A DNA stretch of 38,603 nucleotides from a virus (IMGVR_UViG_3300016643_000202:1-38603); one strand, 5' to 3'; shown: positions 1-9,654, counted from the stretch's first letter. Numbers and translations are program-made. Notes: a model not told the origin generated them from the sequence alone.

Positions 1-32
1 CATGTATTTCTCCAGTTTCATGAATAATAGTA

Positions 33-61
33 ATTATACAAAATTCGCTATTTATTGTCAA
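33..61 (-). promoter_or_regulatory. sigma70-type early promoter driving a minus-strand gene whose ATG is at 3..1 (gene runs out of the window)
   Basis: Minus strand reads TTGACA-ATAAATAGCGAATTTTG(17 nt)-TATAAT, then GGAG SD and ATG at the window edge. Confidence 0.8.
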
Positions 62-69
62 GATAGTTC

Positions 70-77
70 GATAAATA
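70..77 (+). promoter_or_regulatory. T4-like late promoter box (GATAAATA)
   Basis: Box 4 nt before the ATG at 82; the same TAAATA core recurs before most structural genes; T4 late consensus is TATAAATA. Confidence 0.7.
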
Positions 78-81
78 CAAC

Positions 82-1794
82 ATGCCCAGATTATCTTTAT
101 ATCGTCCAAATAAAACCAACGATTATAACTTCTTTGATAGAACAATATCAGAAATGCTTACCACTGGGGGAACTGATCTTTATATCCATAAGTATCTAGG
201 CCCCACAAATGAGGGACAATCAGTTGATTATACCCAGCCACAATACGATAGCTTGAATCCAAATAATATTCAAGATTTGTTGTTCCTAGAAAACAGGGAC
301 AGAACATATGATCCAAATATCTATAGATTGCGAGGACATTATCTAGTGCAAAATTTAGATTTTGATCTAAGTCAGTTTGGATTATTTTTAAACAACGACA
401 TCATCTTTATCGTAGTCCATTATAATGACATGATTGATATAGTCGGTAGAAAATTAATGGTAGGTGATGTTTTAGAATTGCCGCATTTACTAGATTATAA
501 TCCATTAAAAGAAACGATTCCTGTAGCACTTAAAAGATTTTATCAAATCACAGATTCTAACTATGCTAGCGAGGGCTTTAGTCAAACATGGTTGCCCCAT
601 TTGTGGAGAATTAAATGCGAACCCCTCATTGATAGTCAAGAATTTAGTCAGATATTAGAAGAACCGATCAATCAAGATAATTATTTAGGTCAGTGGGATA
701 GCACCAAAGTTTATCCACCGGGCTATGTAGTAACATACGGGGATAAAAATTATATAACAAAAATTGAAACCCCAGCGGGAACTTTACCAACTAATACTAC
801 CTACTGGGATCTAGACACTGCTGAAAATCTTAAAGACATACTTGCCACCTATAACAGGAATATTGAAGTTAACAATGCTGTATTAGATGAGGCTAAAAGA
901 GTTCTTCCCAAAGCTGGATATAATAGAAATAACTTATATGTTGTTCCGACCTACGGTGAATATCAAAGTGACGGTGTTCTTTCAAGAAAATTAAATCAGC
1001 CTGCACCACCCATCAATATTATAGTTGACTCTGCGGGCGCGCCTGGAGCGACCGTGACCGGTACTGTCTCGATGATAAAGAGTCCTAGATTTAAAAATGC
1101 TAGCCCTGTATTAAGAATTCCACAATCGGCACTCAAGTCTATATGGGACATGACGACGGATAAAAGTTCAGGGTCATTAGAAAAATACAACCAGGTAAGC
1201 ATGGAAACAGTTGAGTTCCAACCACAATTGATAGGCAATGGATCAGGGGCAGTCGAGGGAGATGTCGCATTAAAATTATTTTCTCTAGGTCCAGTAACGG
1301 GCCCATATGGTACTGCTGACAATACATATGCTACTGCTGACGCTGATCCAGAAGCCCCGGGATTTACAGGCACGATCAGTACCGAGATGGATTGGAGAGC
1401 AGATTGCGATCCAAGATTCCAATATATCGCACGATCAAGCCCAAGATCATTTGGTTACACAACAGGCTATCTAGACGGTGATGGTACTGCTCCAAATGGA
1501 TTCCCCACAGGAGCCGGGATCGCATTTCCTCAAAATCCGCAAGTGGGAGATTATTTTTTACGGATAGATTATCTCCCTCAAATATTATATCGCTGGGATG
1601 GTCAATTATGGGTACGCATATCAACTAATGTTAGAACAGATACTGGATTCACGATAGAAGATAAATCGCAGCAGTCAGGCTTCATAAATAACAATGAACA
1701 GACTAGATTAACGGATGGTGAGTTAGTCCCTCAGAAACAAGCACTATCAAGTATCTTGACACTAGCACCAGATCCTATACCACCAGTTACATAA
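82..1794 (+). CDS. Neck/head-completion protein (T4 gp14-like N-terminus) with long C-terminal extension
   Basis: 570 aa; N-terminal DLLFLENRDR..LSQFGLFL..GDVLELPH pattern resembles gp14-like neck proteins; precedes a gp15-like gene; late box upstream. Confidence 0.6.
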   Translation: MPRLSLYRPNKTNDYNFFDRTISEMLTTGGTDLYIHKYLGPTNEGQSVDYTQPQYDSLNPNNIQDLLFLENRDRTYDPNIYRLRGHYLVQNLDFDLSQFGLFLNNDIIFIVVHYNDMIDIVGRKLMVGDVLELPHLLDYNPLKETIPVALKRFYQITDSNYASEGFSQTWLPHLWRIKCEPLIDSQEFSQILEEPINQDNYLGQWDSTKVYPPGYVVTYGDKNYITKIETPAGTLPTNTTYWDLDTAENLKDILATYNRNIEVNNAVLDEAKRVLPKAGYNRNNLYVVPTYGEYQSDGVLSRKLNQPAPPINIIVDSAGAPGATVTGTVSMIKSPRFKNASPVLRIPQSALKSIWDMTTDKSSGSLEKYNQVSMETVEFQPQLIGNGSGAVEGDVALKLFSLGPVTGPYGTADNTYATADADPEAPGFTGTISTEMDWRADCDPRFQYIARSSPRSFGYTTGYLDGDGTAPNGFPTGAGIAFPQNPQVGDYFLRIDYLPQILYRWDGQLWVRISTNVRTDTGFTIEDKSQQSGFINNNEQTRLTDGELVPQKQALSSILTLAPDPIPPVT

Positions 1795-1797
1795 ATT

Positions 1798-3168
1798 ATG
1801 GCACAATTTTTTTACGACCAACAGATAAGACGATTTTTACTACAGTTCGCTAGGATTTTTAGCAATTGGTATGTTACTAAAGGTAAAGATCCGGCAGGAA
1901 ATGATATCTTAGTAAGGGTGCCGGTAATGTATGGGGACAGCAGCAGACAAGCATCTACAATTATCGCAAAGAATAGCGCGAGCAATCTTCCTAGCGCCCC
2001 ATTGATTACTTACTGGATCACAGGATTAGAATATAACCAAAGCTGGATGACGAACCCCACATTCGTAGATAAGATCAATGTTCGTCAGAGAGCCTATAAT
2101 AGTGAGACTCAAACATATGAACAAACTCAAGGACAGGCATTTACGGTTGAAAGATTGATGCCTGTGCCCTATACTTTGCGTATGCAAGTTGATTTTTGGA
2201 CTACAAATTATAATCAAAAGCTAGAATTGATTGAACAACTAGGCACACTATTCAATCCCAGCTTAGAAATCCAAAGCACAGATAACTTTATCGATTGGAC
2301 ATCGTTGAGCGTTGTATACCAAGATGGACTGACATTTAGCAGCAGAAGCATACCTCAGGGAACAGGAAATCCCATAGATGTGTTGAGCTGGAAGTTTTAT
2401 ATGCCCATATGGTTAAGTAATGCGGCAAAGATGAAAAAAATGGGTGTGATCAATAAAATAATAAATTCAATTTATGCGGGAAAGGCACTCACAGATGTTC
2501 AGGATGATGATTTACTATTAGGCACAAGGCAAAAAATCACACCATATGGATATAAATTATTACTTTTAGGAAATCACTTACAATTACTTCCCGCTGATCA
2601 ACCCTTTTATCCATCAAATGTTGATTTAGATTTACCAAATGCTCCTAATACATCATTATACTGGTCAAGCTTATTGAATGTCTATGGCACAGTGAGGCCG
2701 GGCATTAGTCAGATATGGTTAGAAAATCCATTCATGGATACTGAAATAGTAGGTACTATCGTACCTGATCCATTAGATGACAGACTGTTGATATATAATA
2801 TAGACCCTGACACTTTACCACAAAATACATTAAATCCTGTCGATGGTGTTATCAATCCGCAAGTAACCGGACCAAATGCAGGCTTGCCGGGGCCTGTTAA
2901 TGGCAGGAGATATCTATTAGTTGATAACATTGGGTATGATGGTGATACGACACAGGCATGGGGAGATTTAGTAGCCAATGCCAATGACATTATCCAGTAT
3001 GTGAGTTCTACCGGCGAATGGGTAGTGAGTTTTGATAGTGGTACTGCTACTGATGTTGAATATGTCACCAATTTAACAACTAATGTTCAATATAGATTTA
3101 CTGAAAATACTTGGATGAAATCATACGAAGGTTGGTATGGTCAAGGTGATTATAGCATAGTAATATGA
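1798..3168 (+). CDS. Tail completion / sheath stabiliser protein (T4 gp15-like) with C-terminal extension
   Basis: 456 aa; FFYDQQIRRFLLQFARIFS, VPVMYG, MPVPYTL..WT..Q..ELIEQ..LFNP motifs typical of the gp15 family. Confidence 0.7.
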   Translation: MAQFFYDQQIRRFLLQFARIFSNWYVTKGKDPAGNDILVRVPVMYGDSSRQASTIIAKNSASNLPSAPLITYWITGLEYNQSWMTNPTFVDKINVRQRAYNSETQTYEQTQGQAFTVERLMPVPYTLRMQVDFWTTNYNQKLELIEQLGTLFNPSLEIQSTDNFIDWTSLSVVYQDGLTFSSRSIPQGTGNPIDVLSWKFYMPIWLSNAAKMKKMGVINKIINSIYAGKALTDVQDDDLLLGTRQKITPYGYKLLLLGNHLQLLPADQPFYPSNVDLDLPNAPNTSLYWSSLLNVYGTVRPGISQIWLENPFMDTEIVGTIVPDPLDDRLLIYNIDPDTLPQNTLNPVDGVINPQVTGPNAGLPGPVNGRRYLLVDNIGYDGDTTQAWGDLVANANDIIQYVSSTGEWVVSFDSGTATDVEYVTNLTTNVQYRFTENTWMKSYEGWYGQGDYSIVI

Positions 3169-3575
3169 ACGGCGCGGGCGTGTTTTTTTATTGCAGGCTA
3201 ACGGATAGATTTCTTTTTCTACTGAGAAATGAAAAATCCAATAATAATTTCTGGGGTATACCCGGTGGCAAAATACAACAAGAAGAAACATTATTTGAAG
3301 GTATTGAAAGGGAATGTATAGAGGAAATTAATTTTTTCCCCCATCAAGCAAAACTTATTCCTATACAGAAATTTGTCAACAACAATTTTACATATCACAC
3401 ATTTTTTTGTGAGATAGAAAATGAATTTATTCCCGTTTTAAATCAAGAACACTGCGGTTATGCTTGGGTAGGCAATAATCAGTATCCCAAACCCCTGCAT
3501 CCTGGATTATTTACAACTGTTAATTTTGATGTTGTGCGAGAAAAATTAAAGATATTGACAAAAAAACAGCCCTGA
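3165..3575 (+). CDS. NUDIX hydrolase
   Basis: WGIPGGKIQQEETLFEGIERECIEEI matches the Nudix box GX5EX7REUXEE; EH..YAW and LHPG motifs follow. Confidence 0.9.
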   Translation: MNGAGVFFYCRLTDRFLFLLRNEKSNNNFWGIPGGKIQQEETLFEGIERECIEEINFFPHQAKLIPIQKFVNNNFTYHTFFCEIENEFIPVLNQEHCGYAWVGNNQYPKPLHPGLFTTVNFDVVREKLKILTKKQP

Positions 3576-3589
3576 AGGGCTGTTTTTTT
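3560..3589. terminator. Bidirectional rho-independent terminator
   Basis: A7-CAGCCC-TGAA-GGGCTG-T7 between convergent genes. Confidence 0.9.
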
Positions 3590-3896
3590 ATTTTAATAAC
3601 TGTGCTACTGTATCGAACCCCAGAGAACCTATCACTACTCCGGCGCCCATCATCATCCACCGCCATTTTTCAAGACCTGAAATCTTATCAGCCATCGCTT
3701 TATGCGCTGACTGATTCGAACTTTGCATCTCTATTAATAATTTTTTATGTTCTTCTGAATTTCTATCGAGGCATGCGTGAAGTTCCTTCAGGTCACTCTT
3801 GATCTCAGAGACATCATTCTCGATGTTCTTGACCTGGACCTGAAGGACTGCGATCTCAGTCTCGGCTTGCTTAGTTGCTCTTGCAAGGGTGGCCAT
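3588..3896 (-). CDS. Coiled-coil protein with C-terminal transmembrane helix (holin/XhlA-like architecture)
   Basis: 102 aa; heptad-rich N-terminus then LEKWRWMMMGAGVVIGSLG hydrophobic segment. Confidence 0.5.
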   Translation of the reverse strand: MATLARATKQAETEIAVLQVQVKNIENDVSEIKSDLKELHACLDRNSEEHKKLLIEMQSSNQSAHKAMADKISGLEKWRWMMMGAGVVIGSLGFDTVAQLLK

Positions 3897-3903
3897 TTTC
3901 TAA

Positions 3904-5265
3904 TTATGATCCTGAAATTGTAACTACTGGGTTCAGTAGACCGTTCGCAGTATTTGCTGCGGTAGCAGTATTGAATGAGCTTATTACATCCGGGTTCACA
4001 TTAGATAACACTGCTGTACCTGTACCTGATCCTGCTCCTGTAGCAACGAATGTGATACCGGTGATGTTAGCAAATGCACCAACTGCTGTCCAGTTCGTAT
4101 CGCCTGCAAATTCAATGGTATATACCGTACCTGCTACCAATGACGCAGCAGCCACTGTTGAGGGGAACACCTCAGAATTGTAATCATTCAATGACTCTAC
4201 ATAGGTTGTGCTTGAGTTAGCGTAAGTTGCTAAGATATTGAATGTGTTTGGCAATAGTGCTGTGTTTGCTGCATTGATTGTATAGCATGCTTGTGTCAAG
4301 CCCGTTGTTCCTCCCTTGACTAGATACTTTGTCTTACCTTTCTGACGAACGATAAAACCTGCTTCTGGAGTTGCATAAATGAATGATGCACCAGAGACAT
4401 TGGCACTTGCATTTGCGGCTAATAGTGTTGTGTCCTGTAGGGCATATGATGTTGCATTTTGATTGGTTAAGTCAACATTTGCACCGCCGGGTGTTAATGA
4501 AACAGAGAATGCACTAGCATTAGGAATAGCCTTGACAAAATAAGTATTTCCAGCAACTAATCCACCGATATTTGCTGTTAACACTACAGGTAAATTTGCG
4601 TACAATGTCTGTGCATTTCCAACAGTTGTTAAGAAGTCACCTGCTGCTGTTGCGTTAGAAATTTCGATGTTTGCAGTACCTGTTGCTGTATCAACATAAC
4701 CTAATGTGATTGCTGTACCATTTGTATCTATATATTGAATAACTGAATCTGCTCCAATACTTCCTAGATCAGTACCAAGTCCACCTACTACATTACTACC
4801 ATCTGAACCGTATAATGTACCTGTTCCATTCACTCCCATTGCAACATTGACTAATACTTGATTACCGAAAATAGCTGTATTTCCACCTACAACACCATAT
4901 GTAGTGGTATTAGTCTCTGGATAACCATTACCGCTTTCAGGATTGTTGAAGTATGCATCAACTACACCTACGGTTAATGCAACTGATTGGCTTGATGTAT
5001 CTGATAGTGCTACAACATTACTGTTTGGGTTAGCACTTAATTCTGTTGAGGATACTGTGAATGTTGTTGAAGAAGCAACATTTAATATCCAATATGTTGT
5101 TCCGCCTGTCAATCCTCCCACATTGCTTGCGGGAATGAAGGGCATGTTCTTGATGATACCTAAGGCAGTTAAGTTTGCTGATGTTGTTACTAAGTCTGTA
5201 GCAGCAGCAGTGTCAGTTAATGTGATGACAGCCTGTGCTTTTGCGATTTTTAAAGGGCGTCCCAT
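3904..5265 (-). CDS. Virion structural protein (fibre/decoration-like)
   Basis: 453 aa rich in T/A/G/N; internally duplicated module (NVGGLTGGTTYWI / NIGGLVAGNTYFV); AAGGA SD, late box and structured leader upstream. Confidence 0.6.
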   Translation of the reverse strand: MGRPLKIAKAQAVITLTDTAAATDLVTTSANLTALGIIKNMPFIPASNVGGLTGGTTYWILNVASSTTFTVSSTELSANPNSNVVALSDTSSQSVALTVGVVDAYFNNPESGNGYPETNTTTYGVVGGNTAIFGNQVLVNVAMGVNGTGTLYGSDGSNVVGGLGTDLGSIGADSVIQYIDTNGTAITLGYVDTATGTANIEISNATAAGDFLTTVGNAQTLYANLPVVLTANIGGLVAGNTYFVKAIPNASAFSVSLTPGGANVDLTNQNATSYALQDTTLLAANASANVSGASFIYATPEAGFIVRQKGKTKYLVKGGTTGLTQACYTINAANTALLPNTFNILATYANSSTTYVESLNDYNSEVFPSTVAAASLVAGTVYTIEFAGDTNWTAVGAFANITGITFVATGAGSGTGTAVLSNVNPDVISSFNTATAANTANGLLNPVVTISGS

Positions 5266-5288
5266 TTGTTTTTCCTTTATGTTTGTTT

Positions 5289-5341
5289 GTGGGTTCTAGC
5301 CACTACGCGGCGGGGACCGCATAAACTCACCCCATGTGAGT
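5289..5341 (-). promoter_or_regulatory. Putative structured 5' leader RNA (three consecutive hairpins)
   Basis: ACUCAC-AUGGG-GUGAGU; UAUGCGG-UCCCCG-CCGCGUA; GUGG-CUAGAAC-CCAC; GC-rich island between late box and SD. Confidence 0.6.
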
Positions 5342-5349
5342 GTATAATG

Positions 5350-5357
5350 TATTTATC
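5350..5357 (-). promoter_or_regulatory. Late promoter box (GATAAATA)
   Basis: Upstream of the structured leader and the gene starting at 5265. Confidence 0.7.
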
Positions 5358-5392
5358 TATATTGCGTAAATTTAAATGGTTGTTTTGTGTTT

Positions 5393-5400
5393 TATAAATA
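5393..5400 (+). promoter_or_regulatory. Late promoter box (TATAAATA)
   Basis: Exact T4 late consensus 5 nt before ATG 5406; divergent from the box at 5350. Confidence 0.7.
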
Positions 5401-5405
5401 AATTC

Positions 5406-6632
5406 ATGAGTATACTTAATGAAAAATGTTTTCCGGTATTATTTACCTGGGATTGGGATGATTATTCTACAGGATCCAGCAAGTGCTATATGGAGATACA
5501 TGACAGTGCTTTAATTTTTTACACTGAACAATGGGAAGACAAAGATTATTATTACATCTCTTTTTTACATAAAGATGCTTTTAGAGAATTTGATTTGACG
5601 AAAATCATGGGATGCGATTCATATAATAGGCTAAAAGCAAACGATTTAACATTGATATTACAAAACAATCATGAATCTTATCACAGCGTAGTTGATGGCA
5701 TATATCAGTATATCATTCTTAAACACGGAATAAACCCTAAAAACATCATACTTATAAGCCAATCTAGAGACATTGATAGGGAAATAGAAGTAATAAGCAA
5801 AAAATATTACAAAGAAAAAATTCAAGGAAATTGGTTGAGAATTTTTGAACATGATGCAAGTATTTTAGCAAAAAAAGAAGAAATAAATATACCCCCTACT
5901 TTACAAGAAAAAGAATATGCAAGAAAATTTTTATCATTTAATGGAATGTGGAGACCGCATAGAAGTAGTCTCATAGCCGGATTGATATGTGAAGATATAT
6001 TGGATGAGGGGTTTGTAAGCTACAACACAGTTCCGGAAATAAGTGTAGATGGACAGGAAAATTTTGATTTTTTACTGGACTATCACAAACATAATAAAGA
6101 TTTTTTACAAAAATTAGTCTATAATGCTAAAAGTATAAAAGAAACAAATAAACTTTTTTTAGATACCGCAAACAATCAAAAACAAAATATTGATTTAGCG
6201 AAAATAAGTAATTCACCTTTAGAATATTATATCATGACTTATCTTAGCGTTGTCACAGAAACAAATTATTCAAAAAAGACTAGTGACTTCCATGATTCTT
6301 TTGCAGGTCAAACGGGCCCGGGCAGATTACTAAGTGAAAAAACTTTTAAACCCATTACACTTAAACATCCTTTTATAATAGCCGGCGTTCCGGGCACCTT
6401 ACAATTACTTAGAGAAATAGGTTATAAAACATTTCATCCTGTAATTAATGAAAGTTATGATCTAGAAACTGATAATAGTAAAAGAATAGAAATGATTATT
6501 CATGAAATCAAAAGATTATGTTACATGTCACCGGAAGAGTTAAAATATTATCTACACGCATGCAGAGAAATATGTGAATATAACTTCAATGTTTTAAAAT
6601 CTAAAACATCTTTCATGGATAAACTTTGTTAA
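5406..6632 (+). CDS. Glycosyltransferase-like protein (GT10/GT-B-like C-terminal domain)
   Basis: SVVTET..LSEKTFKPITLKHPFII.G..L..LREIGYKTF...I.ESYD motif; start moved from 5376 to ATG 5406 because of the late box; paralogue at 14723-15826. Confidence 0.55.
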   Translation: MSILNEKCFPVLFTWDWDDYSTGSSKCYMEIHDSALIFYTEQWEDKDYYYISFLHKDAFREFDLTKIMGCDSYNRLKANDLTLILQNNHESYHSVVDGIYQYIILKHGINPKNIILISQSRDIDREIEVISKKYYKEKIQGNWLRIFEHDASILAKKEEINIPPTLQEKEYARKFLSFNGMWRPHRSSLIAGLICEDILDEGFVSYNTVPEISVDGQENFDFLLDYHKHNKDFLQKLVYNAKSIKETNKLFLDTANNQKQNIDLAKISNSPLEYYIMTYLSVVTETNYSKKTSDFHDSFAGQTGPGRLLSEKTFKPITLKHPFIIAGVPGTLQLLREIGYKTFHPVINESYDLETDNSKRIEMIIHEIKRLCYMSPEELKYYLHACREICEYNFNVLKSKTSFMDKLC

Positions 6633-6991
6633 AGTTTATAGTCTCCGTATTGTTTTCTTTCTCTTACCGGATCGTTTAGTTTTTCAGCCATGATGTTTTT
6701 CAACACATAACGCTCTTCCATTATGTCGCGGACTTTTAAAGCCCTTCGACCAATCTCTTCTAATCCAAACATCTCTTCTACTCGGTGTTTTTTGAAATCA
6801 TCTTCAATTTCCCACACCATTTTGTGAACTTCATAGAGCCTATCTAGTTCTGTTTGAATGGCAGGAACATCGATGTCTTTAATTTGATCAGCGTAAAAGT
6901 CTAATTCTTCTTTGTTATTGCCTATTTTGTCAAATTTCAGTTTTGCGATACAATATCTGTCTACTAATTCAATTACTGGAAATTTATACAT
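6629..6991 (-). CDS. Small helical protein (DUF6165-like) in sugar-modification operon
   Basis: 120 aa; P..EL.DR..I..LK, L.EVH..VWEIED and R..LK..  ..E.K.Y pattern; overlaps methyltransferase stop. Confidence 0.5.
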   Translation of the reverse strand: MYKFPVIELVDRYCIAKLKFDKIGNNKEELDFYADQIKDIDVPAIQTELDRLYEVHKMVWEIEDDFKKHRVEEMFGLEEIGRRALKVRDIMEERYVLKNIMAEKLNDPVRERKQYGDYKL

Positions 6992-8180
6992 ATTCTTTCA
7001 CCTCAGGAAAATATTTTAAAAATCTATCATTTGGGTTATCTCTAACCATTTTTATTTTTTTACTTATCTCTTCAAAAAAGTTCCATGCCAAAGGAACAAA
7101 AACTACTTGATCATTTTCTTTAAAACTTGTCAATATATCTATTGATTTAATTGGAATATTAAGACCCGGGGTATATCTATTTTGTTTTAAAGAACTATCA
7201 TCAATTATAACATCTAATGGTTCTTTCATATAATTTAATAATGTGTTACCTTTCGCAGCAGCACCATATCCCACTATTTTGAATCCCCGGGCTCGATACA
7301 TCCTGATTGCCGTTTTAAGATTCTCAGTATTGGTCTTTACTATTTCTTCCCAATTACGATATGTACTTAACTTTTGTAGTTTACTTTCCATAGAAATCAA
7401 ATTGAGTATATTGAAGGGTTTTTGTATATTTTTGCTAAAAACAAAAACATAACTATTTCCATGAATAGGGGTTTTGATGACATCGATCAAATTTATTCCT
7501 GCCCTCAATGATAACTTATAAACACTATTGACATTAAAGAAATTTATATGTTCATGATAGATAGTGTCAAACTCGTTATTCAATACCATGTCTGCTTGGC
7601 TTGTTTGAATGAATAATAGAGTATGATCATTCATCATTTGTTTACATGTTATCAAAAAACTCAGGGGATTTGGATTATGTGCAAAAACATTTTGTGCAGT
7701 TATCGCATCGAATTGTATATTCAATTTAGAAGGTGTGTTTTGATCAAAATATCCACAAATTATCTCATGACTTTTTGAACTTTCAGGGTAGATATTTTCT
7801 GCAGGGTCTATTCCGTAGGTGTTAAATCCTAGTTTCTTGAAAGCGTTCAGTTGAGTTCCATCATTGCAACCTATATCTAATATATTATTAGTAAATCTTT
7901 CTGTATTTTCAACTACATACCCCGCAAACCAATCGCTGTAATCTTTCAATGTTCTGCTTGTGCCTGCTACATATAAGTAGTTTGAATAAATTTCTTTTGG
8001 ATCAACGGTATGCGTCAATTGCAAATGATAGCAGTCTAGACAAAGATTGACCGCTAAAGGGTAATTGTTCAGAAATTCAGGTTGAGTTCTATAATCATTT
8101 GCTAAGGGTTGACTTCCAAGATCAAGTGATTTTTGTAAATTATCAGATCCGCATGCTAGACATTTTTTGTTTTCAATCAT
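6984..8180 (-). CDS. NDP-hexose C-methyltransferase (zinc-binding N-domain, class I SAM domain, C-methyltransferase C-domain)
   Basis: CxxC..LDLGSQPLAN..CxxC; LDIGCNDG; NVFAH; FDTIYHEH; IHGNS; GYGAAAKGNTLLN; LAWNF. Confidence 0.9.
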   Translation of the reverse strand: MIENKKCLACGSDNLQKSLDLGSQPLANDYRTQPEFLNNYPLAVNLCLDCYHLQLTHTVDPKEIYSNYLYVAGTSRTLKDYSDWFAGYVVENTERFTNNILDIGCNDGTQLNAFKKLGFNTYGIDPAENIYPESSKSHEIICGYFDQNTPSKLNIQFDAITAQNVFAHNPNPLSFLITCKQMMNDHTLLFIQTSQADMVLNNEFDTIYHEHINFFNVNSVYKLSLRAGINLIDVIKTPIHGNSYVFVFSKNIQKPFNILNLISMESKLQKLSTYRNWEEIVKTNTENLKTAIRMYRARGFKIVGYGAAAKGNTLLNYMKEPLDVIIDDSSLKQNRYTPGLNIPIKSIDILTSFKENDQVVFVPLAWNFFEEISKKIKMVRDNPNDRFLKYFPEVKEYV

Positions 8181-9078
8181 AATCAATAAATTTATTTCTA
8201 TTAGTAAAACTACAGGATGTAAATTTATCTTCTAACTCTTTTACGATAGAAGATATGTTTTCGTTGAATGTAAAATCAAAAGTGTTCTTAAATTTTTCAG
8301 TACTCATATCAAAATCATATATCCCTTTGATATCAGGGGTTTCAATAATTTCTGAATTTGCTACAGAGCATACATAATTGCTAATATTATCGACCGTGTC
8401 TGTGAAACTTGCCAAGTTATAAATTCCCGGTACAGTATTCTCTATCACGGTTTTTATAGCCCTACTTATATCGGCTATACCAAGTATAGGTCTTTTGATA
8501 TCTTTATTATTGATATAAAACTGTTTCTCATGTACCGATCTTTTAAACATAGAGTTTATCATCAGTTCTTCACGGATATTTGGGCTCCAGCCATTAACTG
8601 TACCAAATCTAAATCCTACGATGTTGTAACCTTCTCCGATAAATTTTTGTGCCTGCGTATCTAGTGAAAATTTAGTAAGATCATAATGGTTGATGGGCTT
8701 GAATTTGATTATTGAATCTTCTACTGAAGTTTCTGATGACAATCCATAAACACTTCCACTACTTGCGTATATCAGCATTTGATGTTTGTCAAGTTTAGAA
8801 ACTAATTCGATGAAATTGTTGACATTGTTATTCCAACTAGAAAATATAGGGCCATCACACATCTTTACAGATGAATGCCCTGCTAACAATATCACTGCAT
8901 CGAATTTACTTAGATCATTTCTTGTTAAATCTTTGTAATCTTTGACCTGATTAAATTCTTGCTTTTTTCCGAACCAGCATATATCAATGCTATGCATCTC
9001 ATAGATAGTATTAAGATCGTGAATTACCCTAGAACCTATATACCCATTGCCACCGATTACAAGTACTTTTTTTGACAT
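8173..9078 (-). CDS. NAD-dependent epimerase/dehydratase (extended SDR)
   Basis: GGNGYIG Rossmann motif, YASSGSVYG, YDLTK (YxxxK), RFGTVNG. Confidence 0.9.
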   Translation of the reverse strand: MSKKVLVIGGNGYIGSRVIHDLNTIYEMHSIDICWFGKKQEFNQVKDYKDLTRNDLSKFDAVILLAGHSSVKMCDGPIFSSWNNNVNNFIELVSKLDKHQMLIYASSGSVYGLSSETSVEDSIIKFKPINHYDLTKFSLDTQAQKFIGEGYNIVGFRFGTVNGWSPNIREELMINSMFKRSVHEKQFYINNKDIKRPILGIADISRAIKTVIENTVPGIYNLASFTDTVDNISNYVCSVANSEIIETPDIKGIYDFDMSTEKFKNTFDFTFNENISSIVKELEDKFTSCSFTNRNKFIDYD

Positions 9079-9082
9079 CAAT

Positions 9083-9090
9083 TATTTAAC
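9083..9090 (-). promoter_or_regulatory. Late promoter box (GTTAAATA)
   Basis: TAAATA 4 nt before ATG 9078, same spacing as at gene 82. Confidence 0.55.
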
Positions 9091-9113
9091 TGTAATAACT
9101 GATTTAAATATTT

Positions 9114-9644
9114 TTAATATCCTGTTGTTCCGGTGTTAGAAGTGGGCATTCCTAATTCAGTGATAGAGAATGGTGCAGAACTTGCCGAAACTCCTGATAC
9201 CTCTAAAAACGAAACGATATTGCCCTGGCCAACAATGATGCTGTTTTCTACTGTATTAGCCGGAATGATCTCGCTATTTGCTGTAGCTACTGTATATGGA
9301 ACACCATAAGGATTATATCGCGCAGTGGTATTTGAGATCGCTACAGCAGCATTTGCAGTTAGTGTGAGGCTTGTGGCATTGGCGATAGATGCAACAATAC
9401 CTACGGTAGTACCTGAAGTATTGCCGATCCAGCTACCTACAGTAAGTTGTGAAACAAAAGATGTGCCTACTCCTGATACTGCATTGCTATTCGTTGCACA
9501 AGTGATAGTACCTGTCAATGCCACATTGGGAAAGCTAGTTGTAAAGTGTATTGGACTATCGGTAGTTGCTATCCTGATCTTATCAGTTGCAATATTTGAT
9601 GATGATTGTGCTGATCCATTCGCTGTATAAACATATGATGCCAT
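9114..9644 (-). CDS. Virion structural protein (fibre-associated)
   Basis: 176 aa rich in T/S/A/G; GTIT....NAVSGVGTSF..QL.VG module seen in phage fibre proteins; directly downstream of the fibre gene. Confidence 0.55.
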   Translation of the reverse strand: MASYVYTANGSAQSSSNIATDKIRIATTDSPIHFTTSFPNVALTGTITCATNSNAVSGVGTSFVSQLTVGSWIGNTSGTTVGIVASIANATSLTLTANAAVAISNTTARYNPYGVPYTVATANSEIIPANTVENSIIVGQGNIVSFLEVSGVSASSAPFSITELGMPTSNTGTTGY

Positions 9645-9654
9645 TTTATTTTCC

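Noticed and set aside
2-199. 65-aa plus-strand ORF at the window start
   Set aside because: Overlaps divergent promoters and the real gene at 82 in another frame; no supporting features
5289-5330. Plus-strand GGTTCTAGC resembles the preQ1-I riboswitch loop
   Set aside because: Loop is too short, the A-rich 3' tail is missing, and it lies upstream of the plus-strand promoter; the structure fits the minus strand better
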